Part shown: one piece after another, positions 31,950 through 46,500 of the stretch
How the letters are laid out: each line of letters starts with the position of its first letter
Position numbering within the stretch: the stretch's first letter is position 1
Assembly (NCBI GenBank): GCA_964016885.1
Contig: OZ024740.1
Coordinates: forward strand, 290,842,001 to 290,906,000
Origin: Eledone cirrhosa
Lineage: Eukaryota
Reading direction: 5' to 3'
DNA: 64,000 nt
Program-made: the position numbers and the translations under genes
Notes under the pieces: model-generated
The model's database searches: none
Told to the model about the DNA's origin: nothing
Seen by the model: the letters and a program-made list of their open reading frames with translations, nothing else

Positions 31950-34900
31950 AAAAACGGAACTCCCAAATAAAAAACGGTTCCCCAAATAAAAAACGGACAC
32001 CCTAGTAAAAAACGGATTGCCCCCAAATAAAAAACGGACCCCCTCCCAATTAAAAACTGATCCCCCAATAAAAGAACGGAACCTCCCCCCAAATAAAAGC
32101 GGAACTCCTAATAAAAAACGGATCCCCAAATAAAAAACAGATCCCCAAAAAAAAACGGATTCCCCCAAATAAAAAACGGATACAAAAAATTAAAAACGCA
32201 CCCCCTCCCAAATAAAAAACGGGCCCCCAAATAAAAAACGGATTCCCCCAAATAAAAATTGGATTCTCAAATAAAAAACGGACCCCCAAATAAAAAACGG
32301 ATCTCCAAATAAAAAGCGGACACCCATATAAAAAACGGACCCCCACCCCAAATAAAAAACGGACCCCCCTTCCCCAATTAAAAACGGACCCCCCGTCCTT
32401 CCCCAATAAAAAACGGCCCACTCCGAATAAAAAACAGATCCCTAAATAAAAAAGGACACCCAAATAAAAAACGAATTCCCAAATAAAAAACGGATCCCCA
32501 AATAAAAAACGGACACCCAAATGAAAAATGGACCCCCAAATAAAAAAAAGCCAGGCCCCCCCCGCCCCACACACACACACACACCAAGTAAAAAACGGAT
32601 CGCCAAATAAAAAACGGACCCCACCCCAATTAAAAAACGGAACTCCCAAATTAAGACGGACAACCCCAAATAAAAAACCGATCCCCAAATAAATAACGGA
32701 GCCCAAATAAAAATTGGATCACCAAATAAAAAATGGACACCCAAATATAAAACGGATACCCAAATAAAAATCGGATCCCCAAATAAAAACGGACCCTCCA
32801 AATAAAAAAAGGTTTCCCAAATAAAAAATGGCCCCCTCCAAATAAAAATCAGATCCCTAAATAAAAAACGGACACCCAAATAAAAAACGAATTCCCAAAT
32901 TAAAGACGGATCCCCAAATAAAAAACGGACACCCAAATGAAAAATGGACCCCCAAATAAAACAAGCCCCCCCCCCCCCACACACACACACCAAATAAAAA
33001 ACGGATCGCCAAATAAAGAACGGACTCCACCCCAATTAAAAAACGGAAACTCCCAAATAAAAACGGACAACCCCAAATAAAAAAAAAATCCCCAAATAAA
33101 AAACGGATCCTCAAATAAAAACGGATCCCCAAATAAAAAACGAACCCCCAAATAAAAAACGGATTCCCCCAAATAAAAAACGGATCCCCAAATTAAAAAC
33201 GGACCCCCTCCCAAATAAAAAACGGATTCCCCCCAAATAAAAAAACTGGCACCCTACCCCAAATAAATAACGGAGCCCAAATAAAAATTGGATCCCCAAA
33301 TAAAAAACGGACACCCAAATAAAAAACGGATCCCCAGATAAAAAACGGACACCCAAATAAAAAACGGACCCTCCAAATAAAAAACGGAACTCCCAAATAA
33401 AAAACGGTTCCCCAAATAAAAAACGGACACCCTAGTAAAAAACGGATTGCCCCCAAATAAAAAACGGACCCCCTCCCAATTAAAAACTGATCCCCCAATA
33501 AAAGAACGGAACCTCGCCCCAAATAAAAGCGGAACTCCTAATAAAAAACGGATCCCCAAATAAAAAACAGATCCCCAAAAAAAAACGGATTCCCCCAAAT
33601 AAAAAACGGATACAAAAAATTAAAAACGCACCCCCTCCCAAATAAAAAACGGGCCCCCAAATAAAAAACGGATTCCCCCAAATAAAAATTGGATTCTCAA
33701 ATAAAAAACGGACCCCCAAATAAAAAACGGATCCCCAAATAAAAAGCGGACACCCATATAAAAAACGGACCCCCACCCCAAATAAAAAACGGACCCCCCT
33801 TCCCCAATTAAAAACGGACCCCCCGTCCTTCCCCAATAAAAAACGGCCCACTCCGAATAAAAAACAGATCCCTAAATAAAAAAGGACACCCAAATAAAAA
33901 ACGAATTCCCAAATAAAAAACGGATCCCCAAATAAAAAACGGACACCCAAATGAAAAATGGACCCCCAAATAAAAAAAAATCCCCCCCACCCCCCACCCC
34001 CCCACACACACACACCAAATAAAAAACGAATCGCCAAATAAAAAACGGACCCAGCCCAATTAAAAAACGAAACTCCCAAATAAAGACGGACAACCCCAAA
34101 TAAAAAACGGACCCTCCAAATAAAAAACGGATCCCCAAATAAAAAACGGACCCCCCCTTCCCCAATTAAAAACGGACCTCCCCCTTTCCCCAATAAAAAA
34201 TGGCGCCCTCCAAATAAAAAACCGATCCCTAAATAAAAAACGGACACCCAAATAAAAAACAAATTCCCAAATAAAAAACGGATCCCCAAATAAAAGACCG
34301 GACACCCAAATGAAAAATGGACCCCCAAATAAAAAAAAGCCCCCCCCCCCCCACACACACACACACCAAGTAAAAAACGGATCGCCAAATAAAAAACGGA
34401 CCCCACCCCAATTAAAAAACGGAACTCCCAAATTAAGACGGACAACCCCAAATAAAAAATCGATCCCCAAATAAATAACGGAGCCCAAATAAAAATTGGA
34501 TCACCAAATAAAAAATGGACACCCAAATATAAAACGGATACCCAAATAAAAAACGGATCCCCAAATAAAAAACGGACCCTCCAAATAAAAAAAGGTTTCC
34601 CAAATAAAAAATGGACACCCATATAAAAAACGGACCCCCACTCCAAATAAAAAACGGACCCCCCACCCCTTCCCCAACTAAAAACGGACCCCCCCCTTCC
34701 CCAATAAAAAATGGCCCCCTCCAAATAAAAATCAGATCCCTAAATAAAAAACGGACACCCAAATAAAAAACGAATTCCCAAATTAAAGACGGATCCCCAA
34801 ATAAAAAACGGACACCCAAATGAAAAATGGACCCCCAAATAAAACAAGCCCCCCCCCCCCCCACACACACACACACCAAATAAAAAACGGATCGCCAAAT

Positions 34901-35270
34901 AAAGAACGGACTCCACCCCAATTAAAAAACGGAAACTCCCAAATAAAAACGGACAACCCCAAATAAAAAAAAAATCCCCAAATAAAAAACGGATCCTCAA
35001 ATAAAAACGGATCCCCAAATAAAAAACGAACCCCAAATAAAAAACGGATTCCCCCAAATAAAAAACGGATCCCCAAATTAAAAACGGACCCCCTCCCAAA
35101 TAAAAAACGGATTCCCCCCAAATAAAAAAACTGGCACCCTACCCCAAATAAATAACGGAGCCCAAATAAAAATTGGATCCCCAAATAAAAAACGGACACC
35201 CAAATAAAAAACGGATCCCCAGATAAAAAACGGACACCCAAATAAAAAACGGACCCTCCAAATAAAAAAT
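31950..35270. repeat. Interleaved ~1.43-kb and ~1.88-kb offset duplications within the satellite
   Basis: Offset 1,430 (32050/33480, 32378/33808; shared ctagtaaaaaacggattgc and cccgtccttcccc). Offset 1,883-1,885 (32857/34740, 32900/34783; shared aagaacggactccac). Confidence 0.8.
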
Positions 35271-37599
35271 GGACCCCCAAATAAAAAATTGACCGCTAAA
35301 TAAAAAACAGAGACCCAAATAAAAAACGGACACCCAAATAAAAAACGAATCGCCCCAAATAAAAACGGATCCCCAAATAAAAAACGGACACCCAAATAAA
35401 AGAAGGATCCCCATATAAAAAACGGACCGCCCCCAAAAAAAAATATCAAAAACGGATTTCCAAATAAAAAACGAATCCCCCACCCGAAATAAAAAATGGA
35501 TCGATGCCCAAATAAAAAACGGGACCCCCCAATAAAAAACGGATTCCCCCAAATAAACGGATACCCATATAAAAAACGGACCCCACCCAAATAAAAAACG
35601 GATCCCCCCCCCCCCCACAAATAAAAAACGGACACCAAAATAAAAAACAGATTTCCCCCAAATAAATAACGGACCCCTCCCAAATAAAAAAACGAACCCC
35701 CAAATAAAAAACGGATTCTCCCCAAATAAAAAACGGACCCCCCCCTTCCCCAATTAAAAATGGATCCTCCCACAAATAAAAAACGGACACCAAAATAAAA
35801 AACGGATTACCCCCAAATAAAAAACATGCCCCCCACCCCAAATAAATAACGGAGCCCAAATAAAAAATGGATCCCCAAATAAATAACGGACCCCTCCCAA
35901 ATAAAAAACGGACCCCCAAATAAAAAACGGATTACCCCCAAATAAAAAACGGAAACGCAAATAAAAGCCGGATCCCCACATAAAAAATGGACCCCCCCCC
36001 CAAAAAAAAAGATACGGATTTCCAAGTAAAAAACGGATCCCCCACCCCAAATAAAAAAAGGTTTGATGCCCAAATAAAAAACGGAACCCCCAAATAAAAA
36101 ACGGATCGCCCAGAATAAAAAACGGATACCCATATTAAAAACGGACCCCCACCCCAAATGTAAAAGGGATCCCCCAATAATAAACGGACCCCCCCCAATA
36201 AAAAACTGATCCCCCCCCAATAGAAAACGGACCCCCAAATAAAAAACGGCCCCCTCCGAATAAAAAATCCATTCCCAAATAAAAAACGGTCCTCCACTCC
36301 AAATAAAAAACGGATCAATCCCCAAATAAAAAACGGACACCCAAATAAAAAACCGATCCCCAAATAAAAAACGGATCCTCAAATAAAAACGGATCCCCAA
36401 ATAAAAAACGAACCCCCAAATAAAAAACGGATTCCCCCAAATAAAAAACGGATCACCAAATTTAAAACGGACCCCCTCCCAAATAAAAAACGGATTCCCC
36501 CCAAATAAAAAACTGGCACCCCACCCCAAATAAATAACGGAGCCCAAATAAAAATTGGATCCCCAAATAAAAAACGGACACCCAAATAAAAAACGGACAC
36601 CCAAATAAAAAACGGACCCTCCAAATAAAAAATGGACCCCCAAATAAAATAAATTGACCCCTAAATAAAAAACGGAGACCCAAATAAAAAACGGACACCC
36701 AAATAAAAAACGGATCCCCAAATAAAAAACGGATCCCCAAATAAAAAACGGACACCCAAATAAAAGAAGGATCCCCATATAAAAAACGAACCGCCACCCC
36801 AAAAAATATCAAAAACGGATTTACGAATAAAAAACGGATCCCCCACCCCAAATAAAAAACGGATCGATGCCCAAATAAAAAACGGGACCCCCCAATAAAA
36901 AACGGATCCCCCCAAATAAACGGATACCCATATAAAAAACGAACCCCACCCAAATAAAAAACGGATCCCCCCACAAATAAAAAACGGACACCAAAATAAA
37001 AAACGGATTACCCCCAAATAAAAAACATGCCCCCCACCCCAAATAAATAACGGAGCCCAAATAAAAAATGGATCCCCAAATAAATAACGGACCCCTCCCA
37101 AATAAAAAACGGACCCCCAAATAAAAAACGGATTACCCCCAAATAAAAAACGTGCCCCCCACCCCAAATAAATAACGGAGCCCAAATAAAAAATGGATCC
37201 CCAAATAAAAAACGGATCCACAAATAAAAAACGGACACCCAAATAAAAAACGGAAACCCAAATAAAAGCCGGATCCCCACATAAAAAATGGACCCCCCCC
37301 AAAAAAAAAAGATACGGATTTCCAAGTAAAAAACGGATCCCCCACCCCAAATAAAAAAAGGTTTGATGCCCAAATAAAAAACGGAACCCCCAAATAAAAA
37401 ACGGATCGCCCAGAATAAAAACGGATACCCATATTAAAAACGTACCCCCACCCCAAATAAAAGAGGGATCCCCCAATAAAAAACGGACCCCCCCCCCCCC
37501 AATAAAAAACTGATCCCGCCCAATAGAAAACGGACCCCCAAATAAAAAACGGCCCCCTCCAAATAAAAAATCCATTCCCAAATAAAAAACGGTTCTCCG

Positions 37600-40500
37600 C
37601 TCCAAATAAAAAACGGATCAATCCCCAATTAAAAAACGGACACCCAAATAAAAAACGGACACCCCAAATAAAAAACGGACCCCCAAATAAAAAAAATGGA
37701 CCTCCCCAAATAAAAAACGGATTCCCAAATAAAAAACGGATCCCCAAATTAAAAAGCCCCCCTCCCCATAAAAAACGGATCCCCCAAAAAAAACGGACAC
37801 CCAAATAAAAACGGATCCTCAAATAAAAAACTGATCCCCAAATAAAAACGGATTCCCCCAAATAAAAAAAGAATCCCCAAATTAAAAACGGACCCCCTCC
37901 CAAATAAAAAACGGATCCCCAAATAAAAAACGGATTCCCCCCAAATAAATAACGTAGCCCAAATAAAAATTGGATCCCCAAATAAAAAACAGACCCCCAA
38001 ATAAAAAAAGGAACCCCAAATAAAAAACGGACACCCATATAAAAAACGGACCCCCACCCCAAATAAAAAACGGATCCCCCCAAAAAACGAACCCCGCTTC
38101 CCCAATTAAAAAAGGATACGCCCCCCCCCCCCCCCCCCAATAAAAAACGGAGCCCTAAATACATAACGGAACACTCCAAATAAAGATCAGTTCCCTAAAT
38201 AAAAAACGGACACACAAATAAAAAACTGATTCCAAAATAAAAAAGGACACCCAAATTAAAAACAGACCCCACCTATAACACCCCCCCCTTAACCACCACG
38301 ACACACACACACACACACACACACACCAAATAAAAAACGGGTCGCCAAATAAAAAACGGACCCCACCCCAATTAAAAAACGGAACTCCCAAATAAAAACG
38401 GACACCCCCAAATAAAAAACGGATACCCAAATAAAAAACGGATCCTCAAATAAAAAACGGATCCCCAAATAAAAAACGGACCCCCAATTAAAAAACGGAT
38501 TCCTCCAAATAAAAAACGGATCACCAAATTAAAAACGGATCCTCTCCCAAATAAAAAACGGACCCACCCCCCCAAATAAAAAACGGATCCCCAAATAAAA
38601 AACGGACACCCAAATAAAAAACGGACCCCCCAAATAAAAAACGGAGCCCCCACCAAATAAAAAACAGACCCCCTCCTAAATAAAATATGGATCCCCAAAT
38701 AGAAAGCCAACACACATAAAAAACGGATCGATGCCCAAATAAAAAACGGAACCCCCAAATAAAAAACGGATTCCCCCAAATAAAAAACGGATCCCGAAAT
38801 TAAAAACGGACCCCCTCCCAAATAAAAAACGGATCCCCCCCCAATAAAAAACGGACCCCCAAATAAAAAATGGATTCCCCCCAAATAAAAACTGGCACCC
38901 CACCCCAAATAAATAACGGAGCCCAAATAAAAATTGGATCCCCAAATAAAAAACGGACACCCAAATAAAAAACGGATCCCCAAATAAAAAACGGACACCC
39001 AAATAAAAGACGGACCATCCAAATAAAAAATGGACCCCCAAATAAAAAAATTGACCCCTAAATAAAAAACGGAGACCCAAATAAAAAACGGACACCCAAA
39101 TAAAAAACGGATCCCCCCAAATAAAAAACGGATCCCCAAATAAAAAACAGACACCCAAATAAAAGAAGGATCCCCATATAAAAAACGGACCGCCCCCCAA
39201 AAAATATCAAAAACGGATTTCCAAATAAAAAACGGATCCCCCACCCCAAATAAAAAACGGATAGATGCCCAAATAAAAAACGGGACCCCCAATAAAAAAC
39301 AGATCCCCCCAAATAAACAGATACCCATATAAAAAACGGACCCCACCCAAATAAAAAACGGATCCCCCCACAAATAAAAAACGGACACCAAAATAAAAAA
39401 CGTATTTCCCCCAAATAAATAACGGACCCCTCCCAAATAAAAAACGGACTCCCAAATAAAAAACGGATTCCCCCAGATAAAAAACGGGCCCCCCACACCA
39501 AATAAATAACGGAGCCCAAATAAAAAAATGGATCCCCAAATAAAAAAGGATCCCCAAATAAAAAACGGACACCCAAATAAAAAACGGATCCCCAAATAAA
39601 AGCCGGATCCCCATATAAAAAATGGACCCCCCGCACCCCTCCCCAAAAATACGGATTTCCAAGTAAAAAACGGATCCCCCACCCCAAATAAAAAAAGGTT
39701 TGATGCCCAAATAAAAAACGGAACAAGCAAATAAAAAACGGATCCCCCAGAATAAAAAACGGATACCCATATTAAAAACGGACCCCCACCCCAAATAAAA
39801 AAAGGGATCCCCCAATAAAAAACGGACCACCCCCCCAATAAAAAACGGATCCCCCCAATAGAAAACGGACCCCCAAATAAAAAACGGCCCCCTCCAAATA
39901 AAAAACCCATTCCCAAATAAAAACGGATCGATCCCCAAATAAAAAACGGACACCCAAATAAAAAACGGACACCCCAAATAAAAAACGGACCCCCAAATAA
40001 AAAAATGGACCTCCCCAAATAGAAAACGGATCCCCAAATAAAAACGTATCCCCAAATATTAGACGGATCCCCATATAAAATCGGACCCCCCCGCCTAAAA
40101 AAATCGGATTCCCAAATAAAAACGGATCCCCAAATTAAAAACGCCCCCCCCCCCACCCAAATAAAAAACGGATCCCTCCCCAAAAAATACGGTCACCCAA
40201 ATAAAAACGGATCCTCAAATAAAAAATGATCCCCAAATAAAAAACGGATTCCCCCAAATAAAAAAAGGTTCCCCAAAATAAAAACGGACCCCCTCCCAAA
40301 TAAAAAACGGATCGCCAAATAAAAAACGGATTTCCCCAAATAAATAACGGAGCTCAAATAAAAATTGGATCCCCAAATAAAAAACGGACCCCCAAATAAA
40401 AAAAGGAACCCCAAATAAAAAACGGACACCCATATAAAAAACGGACCCCCACCCCAAATAAAAAACGGATCCCCCCAAAAAATCGGACGCCGCTTCCCCA

Positions 40501-43500
40501 ATTAAAAAAGGATACGCCACCCCCTCCCCCAATAAAAAACGGACCCCTAAATACATAACGGAACACTCCAAATAAAAATCAGTTCCCTAAATAAAAACGG
40601 ACACACAAATAAAAAACTGATTCCAAAATAAAAAAGCCGATCCCCAAATAAAAAAAGGACACCCAAATTAAAAACAGACCCCCACCTATAACCCCCCCCC
40701 CCTCAACCACCACGACACACACACACACACACACACACCAAATAAAAAACAGATCGCCAAATAAAAAACGGACCCCACACCAATTAAAAAACGGAACTCC
40801 CAAATAAAAACGGACACCCCCAAATAAAAAACGGATACCCAAATAAAAAACGGATCCCCAAATAAAAAACGGACACCCAAATAAAAAACAGACCCCCCAA
40901 ATAAAAAACGGAGCCCCACCAAATAAAAAACAGACCCCCTCCTAAATAAAATATGGATCCCCAAATAGAAAGCCAACACACATAAAAAACGGATCGATGC
41001 CCAAATAAAAAACGGAACACCCAAATAAAAAACGGATTCCACCAAATAAAAAACGGATACCCAAATTAAAAACGGACCCCCTCCGAAATAAAAAACGGAT
41101 CCCCCCCCCCCAATAAAAAACGGACCCCCAAATAAAAAACGGATTCCCCCCAAATAAAAAACTGGTACCCCACCCCAAATAAATAACGGAGCCCAAATAA
41201 AAATTGGATCCCCAAATAAAAAACGGACACCCAAATAAAAAACGGATCCCCAAATAAAAAACGGACACCCAAATAAAAAACGGACCTTCCAAATAAAAAA
41301 TGGACACCCAAATAAAAAAAATTGACCCCTAAATAAAAAAAGGAGACCCAAATAAAAAACGGACACCCAAATAAAAAACGGATCCCCCCAAATAAAAAAC
41401 GGATCCCCAAATAAAAAACGGACACCCGAATAAAAGAAGGATCCCCATATAAAAAACGGACCCCCCCCCCCCCAAAAAAAATATCAAAAACGGATTTCCA
41501 AATAAAAAACGGATCCCCCACCCCAAATAAAAAACGGGACCCCCAATAAAAAACGGATCCCCCCAAATAAACGGATACCCATATAAAAAACGGACCCCCA
41601 CAAATAAAAACCGACACCAAAATAAAAAACGGATTTCCCCTAAATAAATAACGGACCCTTCCCAAATAAAAAACGGACCCCCAAATAAAAAACGGGTTCC
41701 CCCAAATAAAAAACGGGCCCCCCACCCCAAATAAATAACGGAGCCCAAATAAAAAATGGATCCCCAAATAAAAACGGACACCCAAATAAAAAAGGGATCC
41801 CCCAATAAAAAACGGACCCCCCCCCCAATAAAAAACGGATCCACCCCGATATAAAATGGACCCCCAAATAAAAAACGGCCCCTTCCAAATAAAAAACCCA
41901 TTCCCAAATAAAAAAAACGGATCGATCCCCAAATAAAAAACGGACACCCAAATAAAAAACGGACACCCCAAATAAAAAACGGACCCCCAAATAAAAAAAT
42001 GGACCTCCCCAAATAAAAAACGGATCCCCAAATAAAAACGGATCCCCAAATAAAAGACGGATCCCCATATAAAAACGGACCCCCCCCTAAAAAACGGACA
42101 CCCAAATAAAAACGGATTCCCCCAAATAAAAAAAGGATCCCCAAATTAAAAACGGACCCCTTCCCAAATAAAAAACGGATCCCCAAATAAAAAACGGATT
42201 CCCCTAAATAAATAACGGAGCCCAAATAAAAATTGGATCCCCAAATAAAAAACGGACCCCCAAATAAAAAAAGGAACCCCAAATAAAAACGGACACCCAT
42301 ATAAAAAACGGACCCCCACCCCAAATAAAAAACGGATCCCCCCCAAAAAGACGGACCCCGCTTCCCCAATTAAAAAAGGATACGCACCCCCCCCCCCCCC
42401 CCAATAAAAAACGGACCCCTAAATAAATAAAGGACCCCTCCAAATAAAAATCAGTTCCCTAAATAAAAAACGGGCACTCAAATAAAAAGCTGATTCCAAA
42501 ATAAAAAAACCGATCCCCAAATAAAAAAAGGACACCCAAATTAAAAACAGACCCCACCTATAACCCCCCCCCCTCAAACACCACGAAACACACACACACA
42601 CACACACCAAATAAAAAACGGATCGCCAATTAAAAAACGGACCCCACCCCAATTAAAAAACGGAACTCCCAAATAAAAACGGACACCCCCAAATAAATAA
42701 CGGATACCCAAATAAAAAACGGATCCCCAAATAAAAAACGGACACCCAAATAAAAAACGGACCCCCCAAATAAAAAACGGAGCCCCACCAAATAAAAAAC
42801 AGACCCACTCCTAAATAAAATATTCATCCCCAAATAGAAAGCCAACACACATAAAAAACGGATAGATGCCCAAATAAAAAACGGAACCCCCAAATAAAAA
42901 ACGGATTCCCCCAAATAAAAAAGGGATCCCCAAATTAAAAACGGACCCCCTCCCAAATAAAAAACGGACCCCCCCTATAAAAAACGGACCCCCAAATAAA
43001 AAACGGATTCCCCCCAAATAAAAAACTGGCACCCCACCCCAAATAAATAACGGAGCCCAAATAAAAATTGGATGCCCAAATAAAAAACGGACACCCAAAT
43101 AAAAAGCGGATCCCCAAATAAAAAACGGACACCCAAATAAAAAACGGACCTTCCAAATAAAAAATGGACCCCCAAATAAAAAAATTGACCCCTAAATAAA
43201 AAACGGAGACCCAAATAAAAAACGGACACCCAAATAAAAAACGGATCCAGCCAAATGAAAAACGGATCCCCAAATAAAAAACGGACACCCGAATAAAAGA
43301 AGGATTCCCCCAAATAAAAAACGGACCGCCCCCCCAAAAAAATATCAAAAACGGATTTCCAAATAAAAAACGGATCCCCCACCCCAAATAAAAAACGGGA
43401 CAACCCAATAAAAAACGGATCCCCCCAAATAAACGGATACCCATATAAAAAAAGACCCCACCCAAATAAAAAACGGATCCCCCCACAAATAAAAACGGAC

Positions 43501-46500
43501 ACCAAAATAAAAAACGGATTTCCCCTAAATAAATAACGGACCCCTCCCAAATAAAAAACGGACCCCCAAATAATAAACGGATTCCCCCAAATAAATAACG
43601 GAGCCCAAATAAAAAATGGATCCCCAAATAAAAAATGGACACCCAAATAAAAAAGGGATCCCCCAATAAAAAACGGACCCCCCCCAATAAAAAACGGATC
43701 CCCCCCGATATAAAATTTACCCCCAAATAAAAAACGGCCCCCTCCAAATAAAAAACCCATTCCCAAATTAAAAAAACGGATCGATCCCCAAATAAAAAAC
43801 GGATACCCAAATAAAAAACGGACACCCCAAATAAAAAACGGACCCCCAAATAAGAAAATGGACCTCCCCAAATAAAAAACGGATCCCCAAATAAAAACGG
43901 ATCCTCAAATATAAAACTGATACCCATATAAAAAATGGATTCCCCCAAATAAAAAAAGGATCCCCAAATTAAAAACGGACCCCCTCCAAAATAAAAAACG
44001 GATCCCCAAATAAAAAACGGATTCCCCCAAATAAATAACGGAGCCCAAATAAAAATTGGATCCCCAAATAAAAAACGGACCCCCAAATAAAAAAAGGAAC
44101 CCCAAATAAAAAACGGACACCCATATAAAAAACGGACCCCCACCCCAAATAAAAAACGGATCCCCCCCCAAAAAAAACGGACCCCGCTTCCCCAATTAAA
44201 AAAAGGAAACCCCCCCCCAATAAAAAACGGACCCTAAATAAATAAAGGACCCCTCCAAATAAAAATCAGTTCCCTAAATAAAAAACGGACACTCAAATAA
44301 AAAACTGATTCCAAAATAAAAAAAACGAATCCCCAAATAAAAAAAGGACACCCAAATTAAAAACAGACCCGACCTATAACCCCCCCTCCCCCCTCAACCA
44401 CCACGAAACACACACACACACACACACCAAATAAAAAACGGATCGCCAAATAAAAAACGGACCCCACCCCAATTAAAAAATGGAACTCTCAAATAAAAAC
44501 GGACACCCCCAAATAAAAAACGGATACCCAAATAAAAAACGGATCCTCAAATAAAAAATGGATCCCCAATTAAAAAACAGACCCCCAATTAAAAAACATA
44601 TTCCCCCAAATAAAAAACGGATCCCCAAATTAAAAACGGATTCTCTCCCAAATAAAAAACGGACCCACCCCCAAATAGAAAACGGATCCCCAAATAAAAA
44701 ACGGACACCAAATAAAAAACGGATCCCCCCAAATAAGAAACGGATACAAAATAAAAAACGGACGCCCCGCCCTATAAAAAACGGCCCCCTCCAAATAAAA
44801 AACAGATGCCTAAAAATAAACGGACACCCAAATAAAAAACGGATTCCCAAATAAAAAACGGAACCTCCACCCCAAATAAAGAACGGATTGATCCCCAAAT
44901 AAAAAACGGATCCCCAAATAAAAAACGGAGCCCCCACCAAATAAAAAACAGACGCCCTCCTAAATAAAATATGGATCCCCAAATAGAAAGCCAACACACA
45001 TAAAAAACGGATCGATGTCCAAATAAAAACGGAACGCCCAAATAAAAACGGATTCCCCCAAATAAAAAACGGATCCCCAAATTAAAAACGGACCCCCTCC
45101 CAAATAAAAAACGGATCCCCCCCCCAATAAAAAACTGGCACACACCCCCACCCCCCACCTCCACCCCCCAAATAAATAACGGAGCCCAAATAAAAATTGG
45201 ATCCCAAAATAAAAAACGGACACCCAAATAAAAAACGGATCCCCAAATAAAAAACGGACACCCAAATAAAAGACGGACCTTCCAAATAAAAAATGGACCC
45301 CCAAATAAAAAAATTGACCCCTAAATAAAGAACGGAGACCCAAATAAAAAACGGACACCCAAATAAAAAACGGATCCCCCCAAATAAATAACGGATCCCC
45401 AAATAAAAAACGGACACCCAAATAAAAGAAGGATCCCCATATAAAAAACGGACCGCCCCCCCAAAAAATATTAAAAACGGATTTCCAAATAAAAAACGGA
45501 TCCCCCACCCCAAATAAAAAACGGATCGATGCCCAAATAAAAAACGGGACCCCCAATAAAAAACGGATCCCCCCAAATAAACGGATACCCATATAAGAAA
45601 CGGACCCCACCCAAATAAAAAACGAATCCCCCCCACAAATAAAAAACGGACACCAAAATAAAAAACGGATTTCCCCCAAATAAATAACGGACCCCTCCCA
45701 AATAAAAAACGGACCCCCAAATAAAAAACGGATTCCCCCCAAATAAAAAACGGGCCCCCCACCCCAAATAAATAACGGAGCCCAAATAAAAAATGGATCC
45801 CCAAATAAAAAACGGACACCCAAATAAAAAACGGATCCCCAAATAAAAAACAGACACCCAAATAAAAAACGGACCCCCCCCCCCCCCGAATAAAAAAAGG
45901 GCCCCCAGATAAAAAATGGACCCCTAAATAAAAAACGGACACCCAAATAAAAAACGGACACCCAAATAAAAAACGGACACCCAAATAAAAGCCGGATCCC
46001 CATATAAAAAATGGACCCTCCCCCCCCCCAAAAAAAATACGGATTTCCAAGTAAAAAACAGAACCCCCACCCCAAATAAAAGAAGGTTCGATGCCCAAAT
46101 AAAAAACGGAACCCGCAAATAAAAAACGGATCGCCCAGAATAAAAAACGGATACCCATATTAAAAACGGACCCCCACCCCAAATAAAAAAGGGATCCCCC
46201 AATAAAAACGGACCCCCCCCCCAATAAAAAACGGATCCCCCCCCAATAGAAAACAGACCCTCAAATAAAAAACGGCCCCCTCCAAATAAAAAACCCATTC
46301 CCAAATAAAAAACAGTCCTCCACTCCAAATAAAAAACGGATCGATCCCCAAATAAAAAACGGACACCCAAATAAAAAACGGACCCCCAAATAAAAAATGG
46401 ACCCCCCTCAAATAAAAAACGGATCCCCAAATAAATAACGGAGCCCAAATAAAAATTGGATCCCCAAATAAAAAATGGACCCCCAAATCAAAAAAAGGAA

